Positions 8,611 through 17,630 are shown, counted from the first letter of the stretch. The stretch is DNA of 64,000 bases from Candidatus Pacearchaeota archaeon (GCA_017609205.1 JAFCEL010000001.1:214183-278182); one strand, 5' to 3'. The notes: generated by a model from the letters alone, not told the origin. Made by a program: numbers and translations.

Positions 8611-11600
8611 TGATGAAAAAGAATATTCTTACAACAACAGTCATATTTCAGATTTTCTTATTAGCAATTACAGTTTTCGCAAATAGCTATAATCTTCATT
8701 CAAGTGATTTAATTCCTGTTGTCTCTGCAGAGGATTCGTTCTCCTGTTGCCCAAAAACAAATGATGGAGCAATTTGTCAGGATGTTTCTTCTGATTATTC
8801 TAACTGTGCTGAAGAACTCCTTCCAACAAAATGCGATTATGTTGCAAAATGTAAATTAGGTTGCTGTATCGACGAAAAAGAAGGCTTATGCACAACAAAT
8901 TCTCCAAAAGGAAAATGTGAAGAAGATGGGGGAATCTGGCAAGAGGATAAAAATTGTAACACATTTGAATGTCAAAAAGGTTGTTGCGTATTAGGTGAAA
9001 AGGTTGAGTTCATTACAGAGGATAGATGCAATAAACTATCATTATTATTTGGATTTGATAAGGATTTCAGGGATTTGGAAACAGAATTGGAGTGTTTTGC
9101 ACTCGAAAAAAGCCAACCTGAGGGAGCATGCATATTTAATGGGGGTGTTTGCAAATTTACCACTGAAAGTGAATGCAGAAAACTAGGAGGAAAATTCTCA
9201 GAAGGCAATCTCTGTTCTAAAGAAAGTTTGAATACTATTTGTGAAAGACAAGCATCTATTGGGTGTGTTGAGGGAAAAGATGAAATTTACTGGTTTGACA
9301 GCTGTGGGAATAAAGAGAATATTTACTCTTCTAATAAAGATGCTTCCTGGAACAATGGAGAAGTTCTAAAAAAAGAAGATAGCTGTGGAGCTGGTTCTTC
9401 AAATATTAATTCAAAATCTTGCGGGAATTGTAACTATTTCCTTGGGAGTAAGTGTGCAGAATCTTCATCAGGAAAAGCCAGAGTCGATGATGGAAATTTC
9501 GTCTGTAAAAATCTGAATTGTATTGACGAGAACGGAAAAGAAAGAGTAAATGGAGAAAGTTGGTGTGTTTATGATTCATTCATTGGAGACGGAAAAGATG
9601 CTGTAGGTTCAAGACACTGGAAAAGAATGTGTATTAATGGAGAGATAAAAGTAGAGCCCTGTGCGGATTATCGTGGGCAAATATGCGTCCAGTCGAATAT
9701 AAACGGAACCGGGAGAAACTTCTCAATAGCTGCTTGTGTCATTAATGAAGCAACAAAATGTCTTAGTTATAATTCTAATCAAGACATGGATTCTTGCAGA
9801 AAGAACGAATATTGTGTTGTTAAAGAGATTAATGTAGACTCTGGTTTTCAATTTGATGTATGCGTGGGAAAATACCCAAAGGGTTTTGACCTGACAGGAG
9901 AGGAATATCTAGAATCGCGGGATATGTGTGGAATAGCGAGCCAAAAATGCGAAGTGCTTTATGTAAAAGATTGGAAAGGGCACTGGAAATGCAAAAAGAA
10001 CTGCAACTGCGAGAGTGAAGAATTTTCAAAGCAAATGAATGATTTGTGTATTTCTCTCGGAGATTGTGGAAGTTACATTAATTATATTGGGGATGGAACA
10101 GACAATTCAGATGTGGAAAATGCTCCTGAAATACCGTGGCAGGATTACAAAAAATTCGCAGAGCCAGTAAAAGGGTTATATGCAGAAGCAAAGGATATAG
10201 AAGAAGTCTTAGAGGTAATTAAAAAAGATTATAGAAAAGATTCTAATGCCAAAGGACAAGAGAAGAATAGTTTTGCAGAAGGAATAAAATTGCTCGGAAC
10301 AATATCAAGTTCCACAGGAAGTCTAATTAGTGGGTTGGCATGGGCTGGAGGATCAGTAAAAATTATTGGGGCAGGACAAACAATACCTTCAGGAGCCCAA
10401 GTTTTAGGAGGGAGTGTGGTTACTGGTCCTGCAGGAGGATCTTCCTTAGTTGCTGGAGAAGGAGGAACATTAGTTGCTACTAAAGGCGCAATAGGAGGTC
10501 AGGGATTGGTTGGAACAACACTCGGTTCTGTAGGGGCTGCTGCAGGGGGAATTGGGATTGGAATGACTGTTGGGTCTTTCGCTGCAAAAGCATTTGGAAT
10601 TAAAGGAAATGCTGCAACATTCTTATCATTAGCAGGGGGAATAGCAGGGGGAATAGCTGGATATGGTGCATTTGCATATAGTGCTGCTTCAACAGCAGCA
10701 GGGGGAGGAGCTGCAGGAGCAGCAGCAGGCTCTAGTGCAGCAGGAGGATTAGGAGGAATCTCTACTTTCGGAGGTTCTTCACTCTTCACAGGATCTTTCG
10801 GACCCATGATGGCAGCATTTGCATGGGCTGTGATTGTTGTTGTCGTCCTAGCAGTTGTTATAAAAATCATTGGTTGGGGGGACACAAAGATAGTCACTGT
10901 TCAATTTGAATGCATGCCATGGGAAGCACCCTTAGGAGGGGATAATTGTAATAAATGCAATGACGATCCCTTGAAACCTTGTTCCAAATATAGATGTGAA
11001 AGCTTAGGACAGGCATGTATATTATTAAATGAAGACACTGAAAATCCTGTTTGTGAAAGCTTGCCAAAAGAAGACAATCCCCCAGTAATTTCTACTGGCG
11101 AGATTCTCGATGATCTCACATTTCTCAATACAGGAGAATCAAAAACAGAGATAAGTGAAATCGGAAAAAAGTGTATTACAGAATTCAAACCTGTTTTGTT
11201 CTCCTTAAATACCGACGAATATGCACAATGCAAGTATAGTTTTGAAAAAACAAAAAATTACGACGAAATGGAGCAATTCCCTCTTGAACAAAATAAATTC
11301 TCAAAGAATCATACATTTGCTTTTTCAATACCAAGTGTTGATAGCCTCAATACTTACAACACTATCAAAAATATCAGTGAAATGTTTTCAGAAATGAATA
11401 TGTATATTAGATGCCAAGATGTTCATGGGAATTATAACAAAGACGAATATACTGTTCATTTCTGCATTAATTCAGGACCAGATATAACCCCTCCTATTCT
11501 CGTTGCTACAAACCCAAAACATAATTCTTATGTCAAATATGGAACAAAAGAAATTCCGGCTGAAATATATCTCAATGAACCATCAGATTGCAAATATGAT

Positions 11601-12413
11601 ACTAGAGATGTAAGTTATGAAGCAATGTCCCATAATATGACTTGCTTTACAGAACTATTGCAACTTACTGACTTTGGCTGGAAATGCTCTACAACATTAA
11701 AAGGTTTCGATAAGGAAGAGAATAAATTTTATATTAGATGCAAAGACCAACCATGGCTTGTCAATGATTCTGTAAAGATAGTAAATGAAAAAACAAATGA
11801 AACAACTTATAAAACAAGAAACGTGAATACAGAAAGTTTTATTTTTACATTGAAAAGTTCATTAAACAAACTAAATATCACCTCCATCTCCCCAAAAGGA
11901 GAGATTAGTGGGGGTTTTGAACCAATAACTGTTGATCTAGAAGTTAAAACTTCTGGAGGCGCAAACAATGGAGAAGCAACATGTTACTACAAATTTTCAG
12001 AGAATGAAACAGAAACATTATTTTTTGATACTTTCTCTAATATTCACAAACAAACATTTAACAGCATGATGAGTGGGAATTATAAAATTTGGGTCAGATG
12101 CGAAGATGATGCAGGAAATATCGCAGAAGATACAACAGAATTTGAATTAAATCTCGATACAAAACCCCCAATAGTTGTGAGAGTGTATTCTGAAGACGGG
12201 AAAATTAGGTTAATAACAAATGAGGAAGCAGAATGTTATTATGATTTTGATAGATGTAATTTTAATTTTGAAAATGCAAGTTCAATGACAAATTTCTTTT
12301 CAAAAGAGCACAAAATAGAAAAAATCTCAGGACAAACCTATTATGTAAAATGTAAAGATATCTGGGGTAATTATGGAAATGGTTGTAGTATCATTATAAA
12401 GACCTTTAGCTAG
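8610..12413 (+). CDS. giant secreted Cys-rich protein B1: Cys-rich N-domain, Gly/Ala-rich hydrophobic region, four C-terminal repeat modules
   Basis: 1267 aa with a Sec-type signal peptide. The N-terminal ~500 aa are collinear with 13232-14701, with matching Cys spacing. Residues 563-757 are Gly/Ala/hydrophobic. The C-terminus has four repeats ending in '(Y/F)xxC.D..GN'. Confidence 0.75.
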   Translation: MMKKNILTTTVIFQIFLLAITVFANSYNLHSSDLIPVVSAEDSFSCCPKTNDGAICQDVSSDYSNCAEELLPTKCDYVAKCKLGCCIDEKEGLCTTNSPKGKCEEDGGIWQEDKNCNTFECQKGCCVLGEKVEFITEDRCNKLSLLFGFDKDFRDLETELECFALEKSQPEGACIFNGGVCKFTTESECRKLGGKFSEGNLCSKESLNTICERQASIGCVEGKDEIYWFDSCGNKENIYSSNKDASWNNGEVLKKEDSCGAGSSNINSKSCGNCNYFLGSKCAESSSGKARVDDGNFVCKNLNCIDENGKERVNGESWCVYDSFIGDGKDAVGSRHWKRMCINGEIKVEPCADYRGQICVQSNINGTGRNFSIAACVINEATKCLSYNSNQDMDSCRKNEYCVVKEINVDSGFQFDVCVGKYPKGFDLTGEEYLESRDMCGIASQKCEVLYVKDWKGHWKCKKNCNCESEEFSKQMNDLCISLGDCGSYINYIGDGTDNSDVENAPEIPWQDYKKFAEPVKGLYAEAKDIEEVLEVIKKDYRKDSNAKGQEKNSFAEGIKLLGTISSSTGSLISGLAWAGGSVKIIGAGQTIPSGAQVLGGSVVTGPAGGSSLVAGEGGTLVATKGAIGGQGLVGTTLGSVGAAAGGIGIGMTVGSFAAKAFGIKGNAATFLSLAGGIAGGIAGYGAFAYSAASTAAGGGAAGAAAGSSAAGGLGGISTFGGSSLFTGSFGPMMAAFAWAVIVVVVLAVVIKIIGWGDTKIVTVQFECMPWEAPLGGDNCNKCNDDPLKPCSKYRCESLGQACILLNEDTENPVCESLPKEDNPPVISTGEILDDLTFLNTGESKTEISEIGKKCITEFKPVLFSLNTDEYAQCKYSFEKTKNYDEMEQFPLEQNKFSKNHTFAFSIPSVDSLNTYNTIKNISEMFSEMNMYIRCQDVHGNYNKDEYTVHFCINSGPDITPPILVATNPKHNSYVKYGTKEIPAEIYLNEPSDCKYDTRDVSYEAMSHNMTCFTELLQLTDFGWKCSTTLKGFDKEENKFYIRCKDQPWLVNDSVKIVNEKTNETTYKTRNVNTESFIFTLKSSLNKLNITSISPKGEISGGFEPITVDLEVKTSGGANNGEATCYYKFSENETETLFFDTFSNIHKQTFNSMMSGNYKIWVRCEDDAGNIAEDTTEFELNLDTKPPIVVRVYSEDGKIRLITNEEAECYYDFDRCNFNFENASSMTNFFSKEHKIEKISGQTYYVKCKDIWGNYGNGCSIIIKTFS

Positions 12414-12428
12414 TCGTAATAAAGAAAA

Positions 12429-12436
12429 TTTATAAA
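12429..12436 (+). promoter_or_regulatory. candidate internal TATA box (TTTATAAA), leaderless-type spacing to ATG 12458
   Basis: TATA consensus 22 nt upstream of the ATG, with no SD in between. Confidence 0.4.
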
Positions 12437-12457
12437 CAAGAGTTATTTAATAGAATT

Positions 12458-13231
12458 ATGACAAATAAAAGAGGACAAATAACTATTTTCATCATTATTG
12501 GAATAATAATTGTAGGTCTTGCTATTGTCATTTACCTTGTGTTCCCTCAAATAAAAACAAAGATAGGATTATCTTCAAAGAACCCTTCTTCTTTTATGCA
12601 GGCATGTATGGAGGATTCAATAAAAGAAACCGTAAAAACAATCTCTTCTAATGGAGGGAGTATTAACCCAAAAAACTATGTGTTGTATAACAATAATAAA
12701 ATAGAATATTTATGTTACACTAATGAATATTACAAAACATGTGTTGTTCAAAGACCCCTTCTTAAAAGACATATTGAAGAAGAAATAGAAAAAGAAATAA
12801 AAGACGAAGCAAAAAATTGCCTTGATAAACTAAAAGAAAATTATGAGAGTAGAGGATATAATGTGAACATAAAAGATGGGAATATTGATGTTGAATTGCT
12901 GCCTGAGATTATTGCAGTAAATTTTAATAATAGTGTTGTTCTTACAAAAGACCCCTCTGAAAAATATGATCTTCTAAGAATTTCTGTCAAAAATAATCTT
13001 TATGAGCTGATTAGTATTGCAAACAGTATAATTCAATGGGAAGCAAGTTATGGCGATGCTGAAACAACAACATACATGAATTATTATCATGATTTAAAAG
13101 TTGAAAAGAAAAAACAATCAGACGGAACAACAATATATATCTTAACTAACAGAAATACAGGAGATAAATTTCAATTTGCATCAAGGAGTTTAGCATGGCC
13201 TCCTGGTTATGGTGCAGAAGGAGTTGCTTAA
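12458..13231 (+). CDS. prepilin-like (class III signal peptide) protein, paralog A2
   Basis: 'MTNKRGQITIFIIIGIIIVGLAIVIYLVF'. Collinear with A1. Confidence 0.65.
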   Translation: MTNKRGQITIFIIIGIIIVGLAIVIYLVFPQIKTKIGLSSKNPSSFMQACMEDSIKETVKTISSNGGSINPKNYVLYNNNKIEYLCYTNEYYKTCVVQRPLLKRHIEEEIEKEIKDEAKNCLDKLKENYESRGYNVNIKDGNIDVELLPEIIAVNFNNSVVLTKDPSEKYDLLRISVKNNLYELISIANSIIQWEASYGDAETTTYMNYYHDLKVEKKKQSDGTTIYILTNRNTGDKFQFASRSLAWPPGYGAEGVA

Positions 13232-14701
13232 ATGAATGAGAAGATTTTAATCTTGTTTGTAGGAATCTTATTAGTTGCAACATTCGTTAGTGCAGAGACA
13301 TCATATTGCTGCGAGAGATTAATCTCAGGGGCATGGTGTCAGAATGCTCCAGAAAGCAGTTGTGACAATAATTATAGGGTTGTTCCTACTTCTTGTGAAT
13401 CCACTTCTTATTGCAAATTAGGAACATGCATTGACAGTGAAGAAGGAACCTGTATAGAGAATACACCTCAGAAAGTTTGTGAAGATTCTAAAGGAGTTTG
13501 GTATGATAAAGATAGTGATGAAGTTCCCCAATGTAACTTGGGTTGTTGTATTCTAGGAGATCAAGCAGCATTTGTTACAAAAACAAGATGTAAAAGATTA
13601 TCCTCGTTGTATGGTCTTGAAACAAATTTCCGGGATGATATTAATGGGGAATTTCAGTGTATTGCAAGCGCGACTTCAGAAGTAAAAGGGGCATGTGTTT
13701 TTGATAGAGAATATGAAAGAACATGCTTAATTCTAACAAAAAAAGAATGTGCTGAGATGCAGATAGCAAATAAAACAGAATTCTATGAAGGAAGATTATG
13801 TTCTGACGAGACTCTTAACACAAATTGCGGACCTTCTGAAAAAACAACATGTGTTGAGGGAAAAGATGAAGTTTATTTCTTAGATACTTGCGGAAATATC
13901 GCGAATATATATGATGCTTCAAAAATAAATGACAAAGAATATTGGGCAAAGATTAAAGATAAATCAGAGAGTTGTAATTATGGTTCTTCAAACGCCAATT
14001 CTGCAACATGTGGAAATTGTGACTATTATCTTGGAAGCACTTGTAAAGATTATAAATTAAATAAGGGGAATAGAAAACCCACTTATGGAACAAATGTTTG
14101 CCAAGACTTAAGCTGTGAATATAATGGGAAAAAATATGAGCATGGAGAAACATGGTGTGCAGAGAGCAAAGGTTCAGAAGACAATCTTCCTGGTTCAAGA
14201 TATTTTAGAATGATATGTTACAATGGAGAAGTAAGTGTTGAACCTTGCGCTGATTTCAGACAAGAGATTTGTATTGAATCAGAAATCGAAGGATTCAGTA
14301 CTGCTGCATGCAGAGTTAACAGATGGCAAGATTGTGTTTCACAAGGAAATTCAAAAGACTGCGAAAATGAAGACAGAAGAGACTGTATTTGGTTGGGAAA
14401 AGGACAGGGATGTGTTCCAAAATATGCCCCTGGATTTAATTTTTGGGAAAGTGGGGATGCTGAATCAATATGTTCGCAAGCAAATATGGAGTGCGAGGTT
14501 GTTTATGAAAAAACATTGGGAGGAGATAAAAAATGTGTGAGTGGATGCGAATGTATTTCAGATTCATGGAAAAGCAAGATGAATCAAATGTGTGTTTCTC
14601 TCGGAGATTGTGGAAGCAGTACAAATTACATTGGAATAAAAGGATATCACGACGAGAATGCTGTTTACTCTGGCACTGCAGATAAAGAAGATAAAGAGTA
14701 A
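13232..14701 (+). CDS. secreted Cys-rich protein B2 (paralog of the B1 N-terminal domain)
   Basis: Signal peptide 'ILILFVGILLVATFVSA|E'. I count about 43 Cys in 489 aa, at positions collinear with B1. The ATG directly follows the A2 stop (TAAATG). Confidence 0.75.
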   Translation: MNEKILILFVGILLVATFVSAETSYCCERLISGAWCQNAPESSCDNNYRVVPTSCESTSYCKLGTCIDSEEGTCIENTPQKVCEDSKGVWYDKDSDEVPQCNLGCCILGDQAAFVTKTRCKRLSSLYGLETNFRDDINGEFQCIASATSEVKGACVFDREYERTCLILTKKECAEMQIANKTEFYEGRLCSDETLNTNCGPSEKTTCVEGKDEVYFLDTCGNIANIYDASKINDKEYWAKIKDKSESCNYGSSNANSATCGNCDYYLGSTCKDYKLNKGNRKPTYGTNVCQDLSCEYNGKKYEHGETWCAESKGSEDNLPGSRYFRMICYNGEVSVEPCADFRQEICIESEIEGFSTAACRVNRWQDCVSQGNSKDCENEDRRDCIWLGKGQGCVPKYAPGFNFWESGDAESICSQANMECEVVYEKTLGGDKKCVSGCECISDSWKSKMNQMCVSLGDCGSSTNYIGIKGYHDENAVYSGTADKEDKE

Positions 14702-14713
14702 TTTAAGTTAAGA

Positions 14714-14721
14714 TTTATAAG
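14714..14721 (+). promoter_or_regulatory. candidate internal TATA box (TTTATAAG), leaderless-type spacing to ATG 14743
   Basis: TATA-like element 22 nt upstream of the ATG. Confidence 0.35.
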
Positions 14722-14742
14722 TTAAAGTTTTCTTTTATATAA

Positions 14743-15234
14743 ATGAAAAAAAAGGGGCAAATGAAATTATCTTTTGGGATGATTTTTACTATTATCCTCA
14801 TTGTCGCGTTTATGGCCTTTGCATTTTATGCTATACAGAAGTTTCTAGGAATGCAGAGAACACTTGAAGTAGGAAGTTTTGCAAGTACTTTCCAAGAAGA
14901 CATTAACAGAATGTGGAAAAGTTCCGAAGGATCCCAGGAAAAAGAATATTATCTTCCAAAAAGAATAGAAAAAGTCTGCATAATTGACTATAGTTCTAAT
15001 TTAAGAGGAAAAAACAAAGAGATTGGAGATAAATTAAAACAAGTCTTTTATGAAAAAGAGAATATATTCTTCTACCCTCTTGGTTCTGCAGAAGGGCTTG
15101 ATGCTTTAGCGATTGAACATCTCGACTTAAAAGAAATAACAAAAGAAGAGAATCCATTCTGTATTGAGAATTCTGGAAAAATAAAAGTAATAATAAAAAA
15201 AGATTATGAAAACTCTCTTGTAATAATAAAATGA
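14743..15234 (+). CDS. prepilin-like protein C
   Basis: 'MKKKGQMKLSFGMIFTIILIVAFMAFAFYAI' is a class III-type N-terminus. Two Cys in the mature part. Confidence 0.6.
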   Translation: MKKKGQMKLSFGMIFTIILIVAFMAFAFYAIQKFLGMQRTLEVGSFASTFQEDINRMWKSSEGSQEKEYYLPKRIEKVCIIDYSSNLRGKNKEIGDKLKQVFYEKENIFFYPLGSAEGLDALAIEHLDLKEITKEENPFCIENSGKIKVIIKKDYENSLVIIK

Positions 15235-16151
15235 ATAAGGGCTATCTTGATTTTTCATTTGCGACGATTTTTGCGATTATTGCAGGTATTTTCATTTTAG
15301 GTCTTGCTATTTATGGTTCGACAAGACTATTAAAGACAGAACAAGAAGTCCAGGATGTAAAAACAGGAAAAGAAATCGGAATCTTATTGAACCCCCTTGA
15401 AATAGGATATGAAACAGGAAAAGTCACTTCTTTTTCTATTCCTGCAGACACAAGAATTTACAATAATTGCAAAGAAGAAGGTGTTTTTGGAAGACAACTC
15501 ATTAAAATATCTCAAAAAAGTTTTGGTAAATGGACTGAAACAGACTTGAACGTTAGTTTTGAGAATAAATATATTTTCTCGAAAAGGCCTGTTGAAGGAA
15601 AAGAATTCTACTTATTCTCAAAACCATTTGAATTTCCATTTAAAGTCAGTGACCTGATTTACATGACTTCTGCGAAAGATTCTTATTGTTTTGTGAACCC
15701 CCCAGAAGAAGTTAGAGGTGAATTATCTTCATTAAACCAGAAGAATATTTTTCTAGATAATTGTTCAGAAGAGAGTACAATAATTTGCTTTAATGAATTT
15801 GAAGACTGCGACGTAAAAATCAATTATGAAGAGGGTTATTTAAAAAAGAATAATAACGTTCTTTATTTCAAAGGAGATGCCTTAATGTATGCAGGTGTTT
15901 TTTCTGATGCTGGGAGTTATGAGTGTCAATTAAAGAGATTAATGAAAAGAGTGGGAGTATTAGCCCAAGTTTACTCTGATAAAGCTAATTTTGTCTCAAG
16001 AAGAGGATGTAATTCAAATTTAAATGAAGATTTGCTTAGATTAATTAACTTTTGCAATAATTTCAAAGATTCATCAGAGATAAAATTAGTTGCCAAGATT
16101 TCAGAGGAAATACAAAATAAAAATAAATTTGCAGAGTGTAAATTATGGTAA
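15231..16151 (+). CDS. prepilin-like Cys-rich protein D
   Basis: 'MNKGYLDFSFATIFAIIAGIFILGLAIYG'. ATGA overlap with C. About 10 Cys. Confidence 0.6.
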   Translation: MNKGYLDFSFATIFAIIAGIFILGLAIYGSTRLLKTEQEVQDVKTGKEIGILLNPLEIGYETGKVTSFSIPADTRIYNNCKEEGVFGRQLIKISQKSFGKWTETDLNVSFENKYIFSKRPVEGKEFYLFSKPFEFPFKVSDLIYMTSAKDSYCFVNPPEEVRGELSSLNQKNIFLDNCSEESTIICFNEFEDCDVKINYEEGYLKKNNNVLYFKGDALMYAGVFSDAGSYECQLKRLMKRVGVLAQVYSDKANFVSRRGCNSNLNEDLLRLINFCNNFKDSSEIKLVAKISEEIQNKNKFAECKLW

Positions 16152-16675
16152 AGGAAAAATCAATCCGAGCACAAGTAAAAATCCAACAGATGCTTTTCAT
16201 GCTATTAGCAATAACTTTATTTTTTGTACTTGTTGGAATTTTCTTGATTGTTATTGGTTTTTCAGGGTTGAAGGAATCTGCCATTGAATTGCAAGAAAAA
16301 AATTCACTCTTATTAGTTACTAAACTTGCCAACTCACCTGAATTCTCGTGTGGCGAATCATTTGGAAGCAATAAAATAAATTGTATCGACGGAGATAAAA
16401 TTATGATGCTAAAAGAGAACAGTGAAAAATACAAGAATTTTTGGGGAGTATCCAATATTGAAATAAGAAAAATTTATCCAGAAACTGATGGAAAGAAAGA
16501 ATGCACAATTAATAACTATCCTGAATGTAATATTATGAAAATTTACTCAAAAGAAAGTTTGGGTGTAGATGTCTCAAATTTTGTAACATTATGCAGGAAA
16601 GAATTATCATTGGGGGGCGGTAGTTATGACAAATGTGAGATCGCTAAAATGATTGTTCGTTATGAATTAGAATGA
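16145..16675 (+). CDS. prepilin-like/signal-anchored Cys-containing protein E
   Basis: '..IRAQVKIQQMLFMLLAITLFFVLVGIFLIVIGF'. 7-nt overlap with D. Paired Cys ('FSCGESFGSNKINC', 'KECTINNYPEC'). Confidence 0.5.
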   Translation: MVKEKSIRAQVKIQQMLFMLLAITLFFVLVGIFLIVIGFSGLKESAIELQEKNSLLLVTKLANSPEFSCGESFGSNKINCIDGDKIMMLKENSEKYKNFWGVSNIEIRKIYPETDGKKECTINNYPECNIMKIYSKESLGVDVSNFVTLCRKELSLGGGSYDKCEIAKMIVRYELE

Positions 16676-17154
16676 AAAACAAAAAAGGACAGGAAGAATT
16701 CGTAGGTTTTGGTCTGATAATAATAGTCGTAGCAGTAATATTATTGATTTTTCTAAGTTTTGTTCTTAAAAAAAATTCACAAAAAGAGTATGTTGAAAGT
16801 TATGAAGTTGAAAGTTTTATACAATCAGCTCTTCAATATACTACAGACTGCGAAGACAATCTTGAATTTCTGTCAATCCAAAAAGTTATCTTCAGTTGTA
16901 TTGACAAAGAAACTTGTTTAGATAAAAGAAGTAGCTGTGATGTATTAAATGAAACCTTAAAAGAAATTGTTGAAAAAAGTTGGAGAGTTGAAAAAGGAAG
17001 TACAATCCAAGGATATAAAATGCAGATTATAGATGGCGAGCAAGAAATTATTAGTATAAAGAAAGGGAATGAAACAAAGAATAATAAAGGTTCTAAACAA
17101 CATTTTAGCAGAGGGGGTAATGAAGTAGAAATCTCTTTTACTGTATATTATTAA
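16672..17154 (+). CDS. prepilin-like protein F
   Basis: 'MKNKKGQEEFVGFGLIIIVVAVILLIFLSF'. ATGA overlap with E. Cys cluster 'FSCIDKETCLDKRSSC'. Confidence 0.6.
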   Translation: MKNKKGQEEFVGFGLIIIVVAVILLIFLSFVLKKNSQKEYVESYEVESFIQSALQYTTDCEDNLEFLSIQKVIFSCIDKETCLDKRSSCDVLNETLKEIVEKSWRVEKGSTIQGYKMQIIDGEQEIISIKKGNETKNNKGSKQHFSRGGNEVEISFTVYY

Positions 17155-17495
17155 ATTTTTATATTAATTATTATTGAATCTACAATAATTTTTGGCCTAT
17201 GTCTAATTCTCTTGCCTTCTTTTTCTTCAACAAAGGAAATAAAACCAAATCTCTCTAGCAATTTTACATCATCAAAAACAGATTTGAAATTTCTGCCTAG
17301 AATTTTAGCAAGAGAATAGATTGAATCTGGATTTTGATTTTTTATCGTATCAAGAATTCTTGCTTTTTCATTGCTTAGAAGATTCCTTATAGCAGAAATT
17401 CCTGAAAAATCATAATCTTTTTTTGAAGTTCCCTTTTTTCTAAATAAATTGAAGGTTCCTTTTGAAAGAGTAATTATCAATTCTCGTTTAGCCAT
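17151..17495 (-). CDS. winged-helix transcriptional regulator (predicted)
   Basis: 114 aa. 'RILDTIKNQNPDSIYSLAKILGRNFKSVFDDVKLLERFGFISF' looks like helix-turn-helix plus wing. Its 3' end overlaps gene F by 4 nt, convergent. Confidence 0.5.
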   Translation of the reverse strand: MAKRELIITLSKGTFNLFRKKGTSKKDYDFSGISAIRNLLSNEKARILDTIKNQNPDSIYSLAKILGRNFKSVFDDVKLLERFGFISFVEEKEGKRIRHRPKIIVDSIIINIKI

Positions 17496-17568
17496 TTTTA
17501 ATTTTATACATTAATATAGATATCTGTTTATTTATCATATATATTAATTAAATAACATACATATTAAA

Positions 17569-17630
17569 AAATGTTTCGTTTATGGAAAAAAGGGTAAATG
17601 TAATTATAGGGAAGTTACATCGAAACATTT
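17569..17630. repeat. perfect 10-nt inverted repeat AAATGTTTCG / CGAAACATTT with a 42-nt spacer
   Basis: 17569-17578 is the exact reverse complement of 17621-17630. The right arm abuts or overlaps a TATA-like box. Confidence 0.7.

Noticed and set aside
10499-10897. 132-aa minus-strand ORF rich in Pro/Ala
   Set aside because: It is antisense to the Gly/Ala-rich segment of the 1267-aa gene. GGN/GCN codons read backwards give NCC/NGC (Pro/Ala/Thr) and few stops, so this is a compositional artefact.
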